Positions 1 to 14,115 of a stretch of DNA of 64,000 nucleotides are shown here, piece after piece. A program made the translations under genes and the position numbers. The notes under the pieces were generated by a model that saw only the letters and a list, made by a program, of their open reading frames with translations, had not been told where the DNA came from and did not search any database. This DNA comes from Mobula hypostoma (lineage: Eukaryota), in the NCBI RefSeq assembly GCF_963921235.1, contig NC_086106.1, positions 21,824,001-21,888,000 on the forward strand, read 5' to 3'. How positions within the stretch are numbered: the stretch's first letter is position 1; each line of letters starts with the position of its first letter.

Positions 1-468
1 AACAGCTGTGCATTCTGTGCTTAAAAAAGTTGTTTCCAGCACAACCATCAGTGGAAGAATGCCTGCCAAGGAAATTCCTAACCAAAGTCTTCAAAATCTG
101 CCCCGATAATCACACATTGCACTAGAATGAAATGTGTATGATCAGCCATGATTACATTTTAGGCTGGGGCAGCTGCGAAATGCAGTATGGTCTTCCTACT
201 TTATTCTCCCTGGTTCGATGAATTCCCATTTAAACATTTATTAAATCATTAAACATGCATATCACCGCATTTAAATCATGAATGTCGCCACACCGTGTGA
301 GTAACGATATGGAACCATGTCATCAGGGAGAAAATTCCGGATATTATTTGTAAAAATGACGCAATGATTTTATTTTATTTCATCTTAGGTGATTTCAATT
401 TCTTGAGAAGGCAGTGCAAGAATGGTACCATATCTGCATGGTACGTTATCTTGCAAGAACAGAAAAAT

Positions 469-2905
469 ATAGAAGTAGAAACATAGAAAATAGGTGCAGG
501 AGTAGGCCATTCGGCCCTTCGAGCCTGCACCGCCATTTATTATGATCATGGCTGATCATCCAACTCAGAACCCCGCCCCAGCCTTCCCTCCATACCCCCC
601 GATCCCGGTAGCCACAAGGGCCATATCTAACTCCCTCTTAAATATAGCCAATGAACTGGCCTCAACTGTTTCCTGCGGCAGAGAATTCCACAGATTCACC
701 ACTCTCTGTGTGAAGAAGTTTTTCCTAATCTCAGTCCTAAAAGGCTTCCCCTTTATCCTCAAACTGTGACCCTTTGTTCTCGACTTTCCCAACATCGGGA
801 ACAATCTTCCTGCATCTAGTCTGTCCAATCCCTTTAGGATTTTATACGTTTCAATCAGATCCCCCCTCAATCTTCTAAATTCCAACGAGTACAAGCCCAG
901 TTCATCCAGTCTTTCTTCATATGAAAGTCCTGCCATCCCAGGAATCAATCAGGTCAACCTTCTTTGTACTCCCTCTATGGCAAGGATGTCTTTCCTCAGA
1001 TTAGAGGACCAAAACTGCACACAATACTCCAGGTGTGGTCTCACCAAGGCCTTGTACAACTGCAGTAGTACCTCCCTGCTCCTGTACTCGAACCCTCTCG
1101 CTATAAATGCCAGCATACCATTCGCCTTCTTCACCGCCTGCTGTACCTGCATGCTCACTTTCAATGACTGGTGTATAATTACACGCAGGTCTCGTTGCAC
1201 CTCCCCTTTTCCTAATCGGCCACCATGCAGATAATAATCTGCTTTCGTATTTTTGCCACCAAAGTGGATAACTTCACATTTATCCACATTAAATTGCATC
1301 TGCCATGAATTTGCCCACTCACCCAACCTATCCAATTCACTCTGCATCCTCTTAGCATCCTCCTCACAGCTAACACTGCCACCCAGCTTCGTGGCATCCG
1401 CAAACTTGGAGATGCTGCATTTAATTCCCTCATCCAAGTCATTAATATATATTGAAAACAAATGGGGTCCCAGCACTGAGCCTTGTGGTACCCCACTAGT
1501 CACCGCCTGCCATTATGAAAAGGTCCCGTTTATTCCTACTCCTTGCTTCCTGTCTGCTAACCAATTCTCCATCCACATCAATGCCATACCCCCAATACCG
1601 TGTGCTTTAAGTTTGCACACTAATCTCCTGTGTGGGAACTTGTCAAAAGCCTTTTGAAAATCCAAATATACCACATCCACTGGTTATCTCCTATCCACTC
1701 TACGAGTTACATCCTCAAAAAATTCTATGAGATTCGTCAGACATGATTTTCCTTTCACAAATCCATGCTGACTTTGTCCGATGATTTCAACGCTTTCCAA
1801 ATTTGCTGTTATCACATCATTGATAACTGACTCCAGCAGTTTCTCCACCACCGACGTTAGGCTAACCGGTCTATAATTCCCCGGTTTCTCTCTCCCTCCT
1901 TTTTTAAACAGTGGGGTTACACTAGCCACCCTCCAATCCTCAGGAACTAGTCCAGAATCTAACGAGTTTTGAAAAGTTATCACTAATGCATCCATTATTT
2001 CTTTGGCTACTTCCTTAAGCACTCTAGGATGCAGAACATCTGGCCCTGGGGATTTATATGCCTTCAATCCCTTCAATTTACCTAACACCACTTCCCTACT
2101 AACAAGTATTTCGCTCAGTTCCTCCATCTCTCTGGACCCTCTGTCCCCTACTATTTCTGGAAGATTATTTATGTCCTCCTTAGTGAAGACAGAACCAAAG
2201 TAATTATTCAGTTGTTCTGCCATGTCCTTGCTCCCCATAATCAATTCACCTGTTTCTGTCTGCAGGGGACCTACATTTGTCTTTACCAGTCTTTTCCTTT
2301 TTACATATCTATAAAAGCTTTAACAGTCAGTCTTTATGTTCCCTGCCACTTTTCTCTCATAATCTTTTTTCCCCTTCCTAATTAAGCTCGTTGTTCTCCT
2401 CTGCTGAACTCTGAATTTCTCGCAGTCCTCAGGTGAGCCACTTTCTCTGGCTAATTTGTATGCTTCTTCTTTGGAATTGATAATATCCCTAATTTCTCTT
2501 GTCAGCCACGGGTGCACTACCTTCCTTGATTTATTCTTTTGCCAAACTGGGATGAACAATTGTTGTAGTTCATCCATGCAACCTTTAAATGCTTGCCATT
2601 GCATATCCACCGTCAATCCTTTAAGTGTCATTTGCCAGTCTATCTTAGCTAATTCACGTCTCATACCTTCAAAGTTACCCCTCTTTAAGTTCAGAACCTT
2701 TGTTTCTGAATTAATTATGTCACTCTCTATCTTAATGAAGAATTCCACCACATTATGGTCACTCTTACCCAAGGGGCCTCTCACAACAAGATTGCTAATT
2801 AACCCTTCCTCATTGCTCAAAACCCAGTCCAGAATAGCCTGCTCTCTAGTTGGTTCCTCGACATGTTGGTTCAAAGAATGCATCCCGCATACATTCCAAG
2901 AAATA
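469..2905 (-). mobile_element. 5'-truncated CR1-type LINE (end of endonuclease, RT, 3' tail), frameshifted
   Basis: Minus ORFs 2320-2883, 1684-2244 (KSPGPD, YRPVSLTS, QHGF), 949-1503 (GVPQGSVLGP, KFADA) and 565-948; (ATAGAAAC)-like tail at ~469-490. Confidence 0.93.
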
Positions 2906-3200
2906 CAAGTAACATGCAGAAAATCCTGCAGGGACTAAACGAGGCAGTCAGCACCATGGAAATGATCAAACACATGAACGTTCATAACAATTTACCGGGT
3001 GGATCAGTCCACCTCTCCGCCCAACTCTCGCCTTTCATCGTTCAGTGTGTAAAATTGGTTCGCCTTGGTGGCACTTTAAGATTAGATCCCGTACCAATTA
3101 CCTCCCTTGTGATTTACATTTCAACAAATCTTCATGTTGAACGCATTGAGAGTTTCCTTCTCCACTTCCATCGAGATAGATGTCCTAAGTCCCACATGGA

Positions 3201-5428
3201 AAACCATAGAAACCATAGGAAAAACCACAGCACAGAAACAGGCCGTTTGGCCCTTCTTGGCTGTGCCGAACCATTTTCTGCCTAGTCCCACTGACCTGCA
3301 TACGGACCATATCCATCATATCGTCCTCCCATCCATGTATCTATCCAAATTATTCTTAAATTTTGAAAAAAAAAAAGAACCCGCATTTACCACCTCGTCT
3401 GGCAGCTCATTCCATACTCAACCATTCTCTCTGTGAAGAATTCCCCCACCCCTATGTTCCCTTTAAACTTTTCCCTCCTCACCCTTAACCAATGTCCTCT
3501 GTTTTGTTTTTCTCCCTTTGCCTCAGTGAAAAAAGCCTGCTTGCATTCACTCTATCTATACCCATCATAATTTCATATACCTCTATCAAATCTCCCCTCA
3601 TTCTTCTACGTTCCAGAGAATAAAGTCCTAACCTATTTAACCTTTCTCTGTTACTGAGTTTCTCAGGTCCCAGCGACATCCTTGTAAACATTCTCAGCAC
3701 TCTTTCAACCATATTTATATCCTTCTTGTAATTTGGTGACCAAAACCGAGCACAATACTCCGGATTCAGCCTCACCAATGCCTTCTACAACCTCATGATA
3801 ACAATCCAGCTCTTATACTCAATACTTTGATTAATAAAGGCCAATGTATCAAAAGCTCTCTTTACAAACCTATCTACCTGTGACGCCACTTCTAAGGAAT
3901 TTTGTATCTGTATTCCCAGATCCCTCTTTTCTACTGCACTCCTCAGTGCCTTACAATTAAACCTGTATGTTCTACCTTGGTATGTTCTTCCAACGTGCAA
4001 TACCTCGTACTTGTCTGTATTAATCTCCATCCGCCATTTTTCAGCCCATTTTTCCAGCTGGTCCAATTCCCTCTGCAGGCTCTGAAAACCATCCCTAACT
4101 GTCTACTACACCTCCAATCTTTTTATCATCAGCAAATTTGCTAATCCAATTTACCACATTATCATCCAGATCATTGATATGGATGACAAATAACAATGGA
4201 CCCAGCAATGATCCCTGTGACACACCACTAGTCACAGGACTCCACTCGCAGAAACAATACTCTAATACCATATTTGGCTTCTTCCATTGAGCCAATGTCT
4301 AATCCAATTAACCACCTCTCCATGTATACCTAGCGACTGAATTTTCCTAACTAACGTCCCATGCGGGACCTTGTCAAAGGCCTTACTGAAGTCTATGTGG
4401 ACAATATCCACTGCCTTCCCTTCAGCCACTTTCCTGGTAACCTCCTCGAAAAACGCCAATGGATTGGTCAAACATGACCTACCACACACAAAGCCATGTT
4501 TACTCTCCCGAATAAGTCCCTGTCTATCCAAATGTTTGTAGATTTTGTCTCTTAGTACTCCCTCCAATATCTTACCTTCTACCCGCGTTAAATTTACCGG
4601 CCTATAATTTCCAGGGTTACTTTTCGATCCTTTTTAAACAACGGAACAACATGCGACACTCTCCAATCCTCCGGCACCTCACCTGTAGCCAGCGGCATTT
4701 TAAATATTTCTGCCAGGGTTCCTGCAATTTCAACACTAGTCTCCTTCAAGGTCCGAGGTTACGCCCTGTCAGTTCCCTGGGATTTATCGACTTTAATTTT
4801 CCTCAAGACAGAAAGCACCTCCTCCTTTTCAATCTGTACAGTTTCCATGATCTCACTACTTGTTTCCCTTAATTCCACAGACTTCATACCAGTTTGCTTA
4901 GTAAATGCAGACGCCAAAAAAAAAACTATTTGATATCTCCTCCATTTCCTCTGCTTCCGCACATAGCCCACCACTCTGATCTTCAAGAGAACCAATTTTA
5001 TCCCTTACAATCCTTTTTGCTCTTCATATACCTGTAAAATTTCTTTGGATTATCCTTCACTTTCTCTACCAAGGCAACCTTAATGTCTTCTTTTAGCCCT
5101 CATGATTTCTTTCTTAAGTATTTTCTTGCATTTCTTATACTCCTCAAGCACCTTATTTACTCCCTGTTTTCTATACATGCCATACAACTCCCTCTTCTTC
5201 TTTATCAGAGTTGCAATATCCCTTGAGAACCAAGGTTCCTTATTCCTATTCACTTTGCCTTTAATCCTGACAGGAACATACAAACTCTGCACTCTAAAAA
5301 ATTGTCCTTTGAAGGCTTCTCACCTACCGATCACATCTTTGCCAGAGAACAACCTGTCCCAATCCACGCTTTTTAGATCCATTCTGGTTTCTTCAAATTT
5401 GGCCTTCTTTCAGTTCAGAACCTCAACC
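3201..5428 (-). mobile_element. 5'-truncated CR1-type LINE, different subfamily, more decayed
   Basis: Minus ORF fragments 4262-4567 (HGFVCGRSCLTN, DFSKAFDKVPH), 4095-4295 (GVSQGSLLGP, KFADD) and 3485-3778; CATAGAAAC tail at ~3201-3220. Confidence 0.9.
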
Positions 5429-6591
5429 ATTCTGAACATCGCTTTGAAAGAAGATGGTTAACTTCGTTGTTATCATCGGCTTCGTTTCGATGTGAAGCAT
5501 CGCGCCTTTCTCTTGGAAAAGATCTGAAGAAAACTATTAACCGTATCTTACCGCCAATCCATTGAACAATCCGACATATTTTATTTAGTTCATCACTCAG
5601 GAAGCCCCATGTGAATGTCCACGTGATATAATCTTTAATTCGTACACCAGGCCCGGGAAACATACGGTAACCGACTGCACTGTCCCCAACAAAGCAACGC
5701 CGCGCCTTAAACATACTCACCAGAATTCTCCGAAAAATACCGAAACATACGATAAAGATATCATACAGTTGCAGGTCCATTGGCTGTCCTGACGTGAAAT
5801 GAAATAAAATATTTCGCTCCTTATTAAATGACGCCGTGAAATCTATTCTGAATCTCGTCGAAAATCAGCACGCTGATATCCAGTCTTGCATTTGAAGAAC
5901 ATTTTGGTATATCCTTTCATATTATAGGTCAGGTTACTTTGCATTTTTATTATTTTATTTATTGATAACATCTCAGTTGTTTTTTTTTAGTTAAAAAAAA
6001 ACACTATCCAATTCTCTACCCTCTAACCAGCTTTTGCTGTGTGACATACCCTCGCTTTAACTTTTACGTTAACTTTGATATCTGTTTTACAGGTGGTGTC
6101 ATCTTTTCTTTAGAATGCATCTTCCTTCTTGGTATGTGTATATCCTGTCGCTTCCTAATTGTTGCGTGAAATTACAGCCATTGCTGCTCTGCCGTCACAC
6201 CCACGAGTGCTCTTTTCTAACCATTCCTGCTCAATTCCTCCGTATTGCCTGTGTAATTCCCTTTACTGCACTGGAGTAAAAATCTATATGGCTTGGGCCT
6301 CTCCTTCTCTAATTTAAGGATAATCTCTATAATATTATAATCACTTGCCCCGAAGAGCGATTTTACCTGTTATTTTCAAATCATTGCTGGTTCATAGCAG
6401 AACAGCCAATGCAGAATAGCTGATCATCTCGTGGGCTCAACAACAAGTTGCTCGAACAAAAAAACACATCTTGTTGGCTCCCTTGAAATTCCTTTTCCTT
6501 TAATTCAGAACCAACCTGATTTTCCAAATCTGCTGTCACTTTAATCTCCCCCATAAGCATTGTAATAATGCCCTTTGAATGGATTTTCTAT

Positions 6592-7552
6592 ACAGTCACA
6601 GTCATAGTCATAGTCATACTTTATTGATCCCGGGGGAAATTGGTTTTCGTTACAGTTGCACTATAAATAAAAAATAGTAATAAAATCATAAATAGTTAAA
6701 TAATAATATGTAATTAATGCCAATAAATTATGAAATAAGTCTGGGACCAGCATATTGGCTCAGGGTGTCTGACCCTCCAAGGGAGGACTTGTAAAGTGTG
6801 GTGGCCACAGGCAGGAATGACTTCCTATGACGCTCTGTGTTCCATCTCGGTGGAATGAGTGTCTGGCTGAATGTACTCCTCTGCCCACGCAATACATTAT
6901 GTAGTGGATGATAGACATTGTCCAAGATGGCAAGCAACGTGGACAGCATTCTCTTTTCAGACACCACCGAGAGAGAGTCCAGTTTCATCCCCACAACATC
7001 AATGGCCCTGCGAATGAGTTTGTTGATTCTGTTTGTGTCTACTACCCTCAGCCTGCTGCCCCAGCACACAACAGCAAACATGATAGCACTGGCCACCACA
7101 GACTCGTAGACCAACCTCAGCATCGTCCGGCAGATGTTGAAGTACCTCAGTCTCCTCAGGAAATAGAGACGGCTATGACCCTTCTTGTAGACATCCTCAG
7201 TGTTCTTTGACCAGTCCAGTTTATTGTTAATTCGTATCCCCACGTATTTGCAATCCTCTACCATGTCCACACTGACCACCTGGATGGAAACAGGGTTCAC
7301 CGGTACCTTAGCTCTGCTCAGGTCTACCACCAGCTCTAGTCTTTTTCAAATTAAGCTGCAGATAATTCTGCTCACACTATGTGACAAATTTTCCTACCGT
7401 AGCCCTGTACTCACCCTCATCTGCCTTGCTGATACATCCAACTATGGCAGAGTCTTCCGCAAACTTCTGAAGATGACAAGTCGCTGTGCAGTTGAAGTCC
7501 GAGTTGTAAATGGTGAAGAGAAAGGGGGACAAGACAGTCCTCTGTGGAGCCA
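6592..7552 (-). mobile_element. Rex1/Babar-like non-LTR retrotransposon 3' fragment
   Basis: ORFs 7377-7652 (PQRTVLSPFLF, LQKFAED) and 6728-7330 (KYVGIRINNKLDWS, RLYFLRRLR); (CATAGT)n tail at ~6592-6620. Clade assigned from recalled motif similarity. Confidence 0.75.
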
Positions 7553-8573
7553 ATTGTGATTTGTAGGCAAAAGCCTTACGAACGTTTATGGATCTGTATG
7601 CAACTACTGTCAAAGACTTTTTACCCCTGCAGTTCGTCAGCTGTACGCACAATGATTTACTAGCTCCTGAACTTTCTTACCTCTATGTAATCATTTAATT
7701 TTACTTCATTCCGACAGGACATCGCTGCCCCCTTTTCTTCTTGCTCAGAGTTTCGATGTAATGCGTATCCTTCGGCATGAATTTCCTAGTTATTATCTTT
7801 TAGAGATGCCTAGAACATCATAACTGCAAATCTGCAACAGTGCTGCAAGTTCATCTACCTTATTCTGTATTCTGTATACTGCGCACATTCGAGTACAGCA
7901 ACATCACCCTTTTCGATTTTGTCCATAATTTACACTGCATGTTCCCTGTTTGATTTCAAGTCAGTTAGCTCTCTTCAGCACTGTGGTTGTCCGCCCTTCC
8001 TACAATGTTTAGTCGTCCTTAATCAGACGAAGCTCAAACTTTTGATTCCTATCTTTTTCAATGGACTTAGTATCATCTGTCTCCAGAATATCTACTCTAA
8101 ATGTTCTTACACTGGGTATCCCATCGCTGAGCAACTCTAGTTGACACCACATAGTGAAGCATTAAGAAAACATGCGTCGATGGTATTAGACCGCTACAGT
8201 TCAGGTGCAAACCGACCCTCATGAAAGCCACCCTTACATTACCAACTTCTGAGCACGGATTAAACTTTATATTTTCCCCAGTTCTGGCCTCACTAGCACG
8301 TCGTACGTGTAAAAATCTTGAGATCACAAAGCCTGAGATTTTGCTCTTAACTTTGCACCTAAATCCCTGAAATATCTACTCAGAACCTCGTCACTCATAA
8401 AGCCCATTGTATTGATACCTACTGTACCTAGACAACGTCTTCTGGGTATTCACGCTTCCACTTAAGAGTATCCCGGACCCATGCAACCAGCAGCATCCAC
8501 GCTATTGGGGAATCTTTTTTTTTTTTCGTCCACTAAACCTACTGTCCGGATACCTAAATAACGATTTCACTAT

Positions 8574-9425
8574 TGTTACATACCCCGTAACTGGGTTGCC
8601 AAACCAGCAGAAATGGATCACTCAGTTGGAGTCTGGATTACTGGAATTAACAAAGTTTTATTAATGAAATAAGCAACACAGTACTCTAATCAAAAGGATA
8701 ATAAATGCAACAGTTCAGTAATGATAAATACACATGTACACAGAACTAGGATAACAGGATCAATCAAGCTCTATCGTCGTCTAGGGGTAAATGACCAGTT
8801 TCAAAGTGACGCAAAGTTCAGTTCAGTTCACAGTAATCACTGCCGTGGGAGAGAGAGAGAGAAAGCGAATGAATATTCAAAAACGGCTTCCACACAGACC
8901 TTCGATATTCCTCGCTGTCAGCTTTCGGGCGAGTCATTTCTAATGTCTTCTGAGGTCACCGACTGTGACCCCTTCCGTTTCCAGATACGATTGTTTCTCT
9001 GCGGTGAACCTGGCACCCAGGCAAGGGTGGACACACACCAGGTTCCCGCCGATCGTTCCTTTCCACCCTGTGCGTCTATGGCTTGGATCCGCGACCAGCC
9101 CTCCAAAAACTCCCACCTACTTGTGGGAGACGCACCGCTTCCAGGGTCTCGTTACCTCGGGGTGTCGTGTGTGTCTTGCCTTAGCGAACCTGTCCATTTT
9201 TATCCCCCTGCTGGGGTATCGCCTGTCCATCACTTCAAACAGTTCAGGGTTTAAAGAGGATCCGGTCTTGACAGCTCTCCCGTCTCTTCATTAACATCTC
9301 CAAATGCTGTTCCATTGTTTTCCTTATCTCTCTTTCTCATGAAGGCAGGTGGCAGACAAACTGTTGATCCGACTGGTGCCAGCAAAGGACAGTTAACATC
9401 TTAGTGTATGTGTACTTTCGTCACA
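8574..9425. mobile_element. Solo LTR (852 bp) with 4-bp TSD
   Basis: Starts TGTTACA and ends GTCACA (imperfect TG...CA inverted termini); CTAT at 8570-8573 and 9426-9429. Confidence 0.85.
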
Positions 9426-9429
9426 CTAT

Positions 9430-10450
9430 CAATACTGCTTTCTGTTCTCCTTCCTTCCTGCCTGAGACATAGAGGAAGACTCGTGATATAGTTCCGAAAA
9501 CTGTGACTTTGCTCTGTTAGGACATCCAACTGAACATAATACAAAGGGGAATTGCCAAATGAGTACACTGCACTGGCTCCTTAATAGCTTTCCCTTCGTG
9601 AGTATCCACCAGTTTCCTGTGTCCTGCTCCGTTGGTATAACTACTTTTTAAATTGTGCAACCTGCAAGCCCATCAGCATCTCGAATTGTTCGGAGTTCAC
9701 ACAGGCACAGTTGCATATTCTTACGGCTTCCTAATCCATTAAATAAGCACTTCATTTTTCGCTGCTATATATGCCCTAAGATTGGATTTTATGCTGGCCT
9801 TGACTTCTCTTGTTAGCTAACGTTCTGCCATATTTCCTTTAGAATAGTTATTCATCTTTGCCATGCATATAATCTGCACATTCCGAATATTTCCAGAAAT
9901 TCCAAACAGTCCTTCATTTCTGTCACCCCTGTAGTGTTATACCCAAATATGTCTGTCCACCTCCTTTTTGATACCTCTGTAATTCCCTTTGCTCACTGGA
10001 ATACTGATACATCTCACATTCATTCTCAATTTTCAGGGTGAATGTAATCATATTATGATCATTTGCCTCGATGGGTGCGTCAACCTTAAGGTTTCCAATG
10101 AATCTGGATCGTTGCGGAACACACAAAGCAGGAGGCAAATCCAGTCGTAGGTTCAGCCATGATGTTCTATAAAGATCTATCTCGTAGGCACTGTAGAAAC
10201 TCCCGTTCTTCGAATCCAGCACTAATAGATCTTCTAAATATCCCTGCCTATTAAATTCCCAGGTGTATATTGTAATATTACCATTTTTGCATGTGTTGTC
10301 TATCTCCCGTACTGATTTTCGAACACTCGCTGACTACTGCTTGGGGTAGTCTGCGTACCACGCCCATCAGGGTCTGTTTACCCTTCCAGTTCCTTACCTC
10401 TTAATAAAGCTTTAGCACCGTCTGACAGTCTGTCACCTATTTCTAATTTC
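9430..10450 (-). mobile_element. Old, heavily decayed CR1 remnant (similar pieces at ~5990-6580 and ~7760-8570)
   Basis: Patchy resemblance to the younger CR1 copies in this window, e.g. NDHNMITF in ORF 9923-10222. Confidence 0.45.
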
Positions 10451-13400
10451 CATAAGTACTTCCTTCCTGACACTTAGGTAAAGGTCATCAGATCCAATGT
10501 TGGCTAACAACTCCGTTTAACTACAGACTAATTTCCTCCATTGATAGATTGATTAATCCCATATAACTCCCTATGATACATGTTTTTATGTGAAGTTTGA
10601 GATAAAAGTTTATTTAGTAACCTTTCAATTTCTGTTTCTTCATAATATTCCTTACAATACAGGGCATGATGCAGGGTAGCATGCAGTTCACGAAAATACA
10701 GTAGATCAGTGCATATTCCATTAATACAAATATTGGTAAAGAATGAGCATAAACGTGAAACAGCTGTTGTTTTATGCAACCACACCGATATTTGCGCGGT
10801 TTCTGGGAACAGTGTGGAATCATTAATAATTTAGTGTACTATAGTACTGTGTGACATTTCGTGAAATGGATTCCTTTGGGCTCCTGTATAAGATGGAATA
10901 TATAGACAGATAACTTATTTCATAGGGTAACAGCCTCCTCTACATCGCATCAAATATGTTTGGCATTAGGGAAATGAGGGAAGAAATGATCGACATATAA
11001 GGCATACTTTGTTCGAGAGAATTGAAATGTACGGTGTAGAGGGACGCGCAAATCACCATCATCGACACTTTCTTCAATATGATAAGTCTGACAAAGTATG
11101 TGGCAATGTGTTTATGCCTGCGTTGAAGAAGGTGGAAAGCTTTATCAAACGTGCTGAACATCGTTTATACAGCAGTGATATCGAAGATGTTATAATTCCC
11201 GTTTTCTGTTATTTTAGAGTTTATATGGTAGAGAAAATATCTATGGCTATATCATTTATGTCGAACATGCGAACGTAGGATGGGCGGAAAGGAAAATTTC
11301 AGCACTATTGACAATGTTTGAAGGAATAATCATGAAAAACATTCGCATTTATGGGTGACTGAGATAAGGCGTACCTGGCGATGAATGAGGCCAGACAGAA
11401 TACAGGAAGCAAACGTTCTTCTGGACATACCGATTTAGGGCGTTCAGGAGACCTGGAGTTGGAAGAAACACGAAAACAGATTAGGAGAATTGTCAACGAC
11501 CTGACCCATGTTTTAAAGTGCAGTGGTTGATATCTTCAGGCACGTTGGTAGTAGGAATAAACAGATAGAATATAATCTAAACTGAAGGGATCTTGAGAAA
11601 TTGGAAGTGAGTTGTGAGTCCTCGTGATGGAAACAATAAAGGTTATCGTGAAAGTAGTGTGGGTTGTCAGGAGCAAATAGCAACATTGTATTCATTTCGA
11701 GAGGACTAGAATATAAAAGCAAGTGTGCAATGCTGAAGCTTTTTTTTAGGCATTGGTCAGACTACACCTTCAGAATTGTAAGCAATTCAGTCCCTATATC
11801 ATTGACAGGATGAACTGTCAATGGAGAGGGTCTGGGGCATTTCACCAGTATAATTCGCGCAGTACGAGCAAAACGTTTGTTGATCGCTTGTTGGCTGTGG
11901 ACCTCTATTGGCTAAATGGTGAAATCTCATTGAAACCTACCGAGCATTAATATGCCTAGATAGAGTGCAGATGAACAGGAATTTTCCAATGATTAGACAA
12001 TTTGGATCGGATAATACACTCTCAAATATAAGAGCTTCAATTTATATCGAGATAAGGAGGGATATAATTAGCTACACGCCCAGCAGTCTGCGGAATTCAT
12101 TGCCATAAACGGCTGTGAATGTTAGATTATTAACGTTATATTTAACTGATTCTTATTTAGCAAGTGTGTCAGATGTTTAGAGAAATAATACGCGATAATA
12201 AATCCGGCAGCATAGAATCTCGGACAGGACTTTCTGGGCAGAATGGCTTGATTCTGCTCTAATATCGTATATATCACATGGAGCGCCTGAGGAATACAAT
12301 GAATTTGGAAATAATGTAGAATGACAAGTAAAATAGCTCAAGCCAGATATAATATTAGGGAAGCACGGCCACAGCTTCTCAGAGGAACTAAGGTCGACAC
12401 TGTTGTGTCGGACTAACTGCTATATTGTCATGTCTCTGTTTCACTGAAGTACGTTTCCTCTGCACATTCTGGACACGACACTCCAACCAGAAGACCGTTC
12501 CATCAACATTATGTACAGGAAGGAATGGGCAAAGCAGGCGTCATACGCCTCACTGTGGTGCTCGGATGCATGTGCAATACAGAGGGATACACTGCCGACC
12601 GTTCCACGAACCAAGACTGTACTCAATCGTGATATATTTTTCAGTTTACAAAACGCCAAAGGCAGAAACCATGGCAGAATTCAATGGAGTGAATGTCACA
12701 ATTAACAAACAAGATACGGCTTACTGTGACGACTTTAACCTCCGTGAATCGAAATTCAATAGGACGATCAAAATAATTTTCTACCCAGCTACCATGAGCA
12801 CATCATCTGCAACAAACAGGAAGGCTCAACACATGCAACCATTGCTACCACTAAGGATTCCCACCGGTCCAATCCGCAGGAAAGCGGACCTTCTTTATGC
12901 ACACCTGTAAATTGGAGAAGAGTAAGGAGCAAAGCACCAGAAGTGAAGACAGTAAATGCTTGGTCAGGAAAGGTAGAGGGTGACTGTGTGTCTGATTGAA
13001 AACGGTGGACAAGGCCATGATCAATGACTCATCAGGGGACCTGTTTTATATGCCCTGGGTATTGTGGACGTTATAAACACACGCGTCTACGAGAGCGTTT
13101 TTAACGTCACTGAGTCATCCCAGCAAAATAACTAAGAGATAAACTAAGAGTTTAGTAATCTGCAGAGAGCTGGCGATCTAGGAATGTTCAACAGTTCTGG
13201 AATAAAATACAGAAAATACCATTTCGCAACAACGTGACAATTCTGGAGTGAACTTGAATAACATAACGATTCTTGAGAGTAGTGGAAGAAATTGAGTGCC
13301 TTTACCTTCAACAAACCAAAACAATGCAAATAAGTTTTTTTTTAAATTGCTTTTAGATCACCACAGTGCCACCTATGCTGTATATGAGTACCGGAATTTG

Positions 13401-14115
13401 TAAAATACATGCAGTTAGTGTACATAAGCAATAACCAATACTCCACTCTCAACAATAGCACTGCTGCTACAAAACTCCATGTGCATAGCCCCGACTTTAT
13501 TCAGTTTAATATATATAATTGTCACCTAAATACTGCTGCAGTGTTGTACTCATGTTTGCATAAATATGCATATTCACGAAGGCCCAGAGCACCCCGAATA
13601 CTCTGCGTTCTCCGTGTTAGAGATCTCTGTGAGAGCACTGTTCAGAACGATGAATCCGCAGAAAGCATCTGGTCCAGAAGGTGTACCTGGCTGAGGATTG
13701 AAGACTTGAAATATATAACGGTGTATTCACGATATTTTGAACACTTGTTTTGGACGTCATAGCTACTCATCTGTTCCAAAAAGGTTTCAATTACACTAGA
13801 GCCCAAGGAGAACGCGATACTATCCAGCTCTGAAGATAAAGTACTTTCAGTCTTTGGTCATAGAGCATGTCATTCCTGCTTAAGGAGTCACAAAGTACCA
13901 ATATACATCCTGCTGGTACAATGGGTCAGCAACTGTTGTTATTTCATTTTGTCTTCACATTCATTTACTGCAGCTCAGTATTAAAACATACTATCCAATC
14001 GGAAATACATTGGTAAACTATAAGATCGGAATTGCATAAATTCAGTGTAAAATGACCCTCGATTTCTTCACTCACAGACGCAGTTAGTGTACATAAGCAA
14101 TAACCGATAATACAC

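Noticed and set aside
12425-12910. 161-aa ORF as a host gene
   Set aside because: No splice structure or domain; SVYKTP and CDDFN look at best like a decayed LINE endonuclease
13362-13389. CACAGTG as an RSS
   Set aside because: No nonamer at 12 or 23 nt and no coding segment before it
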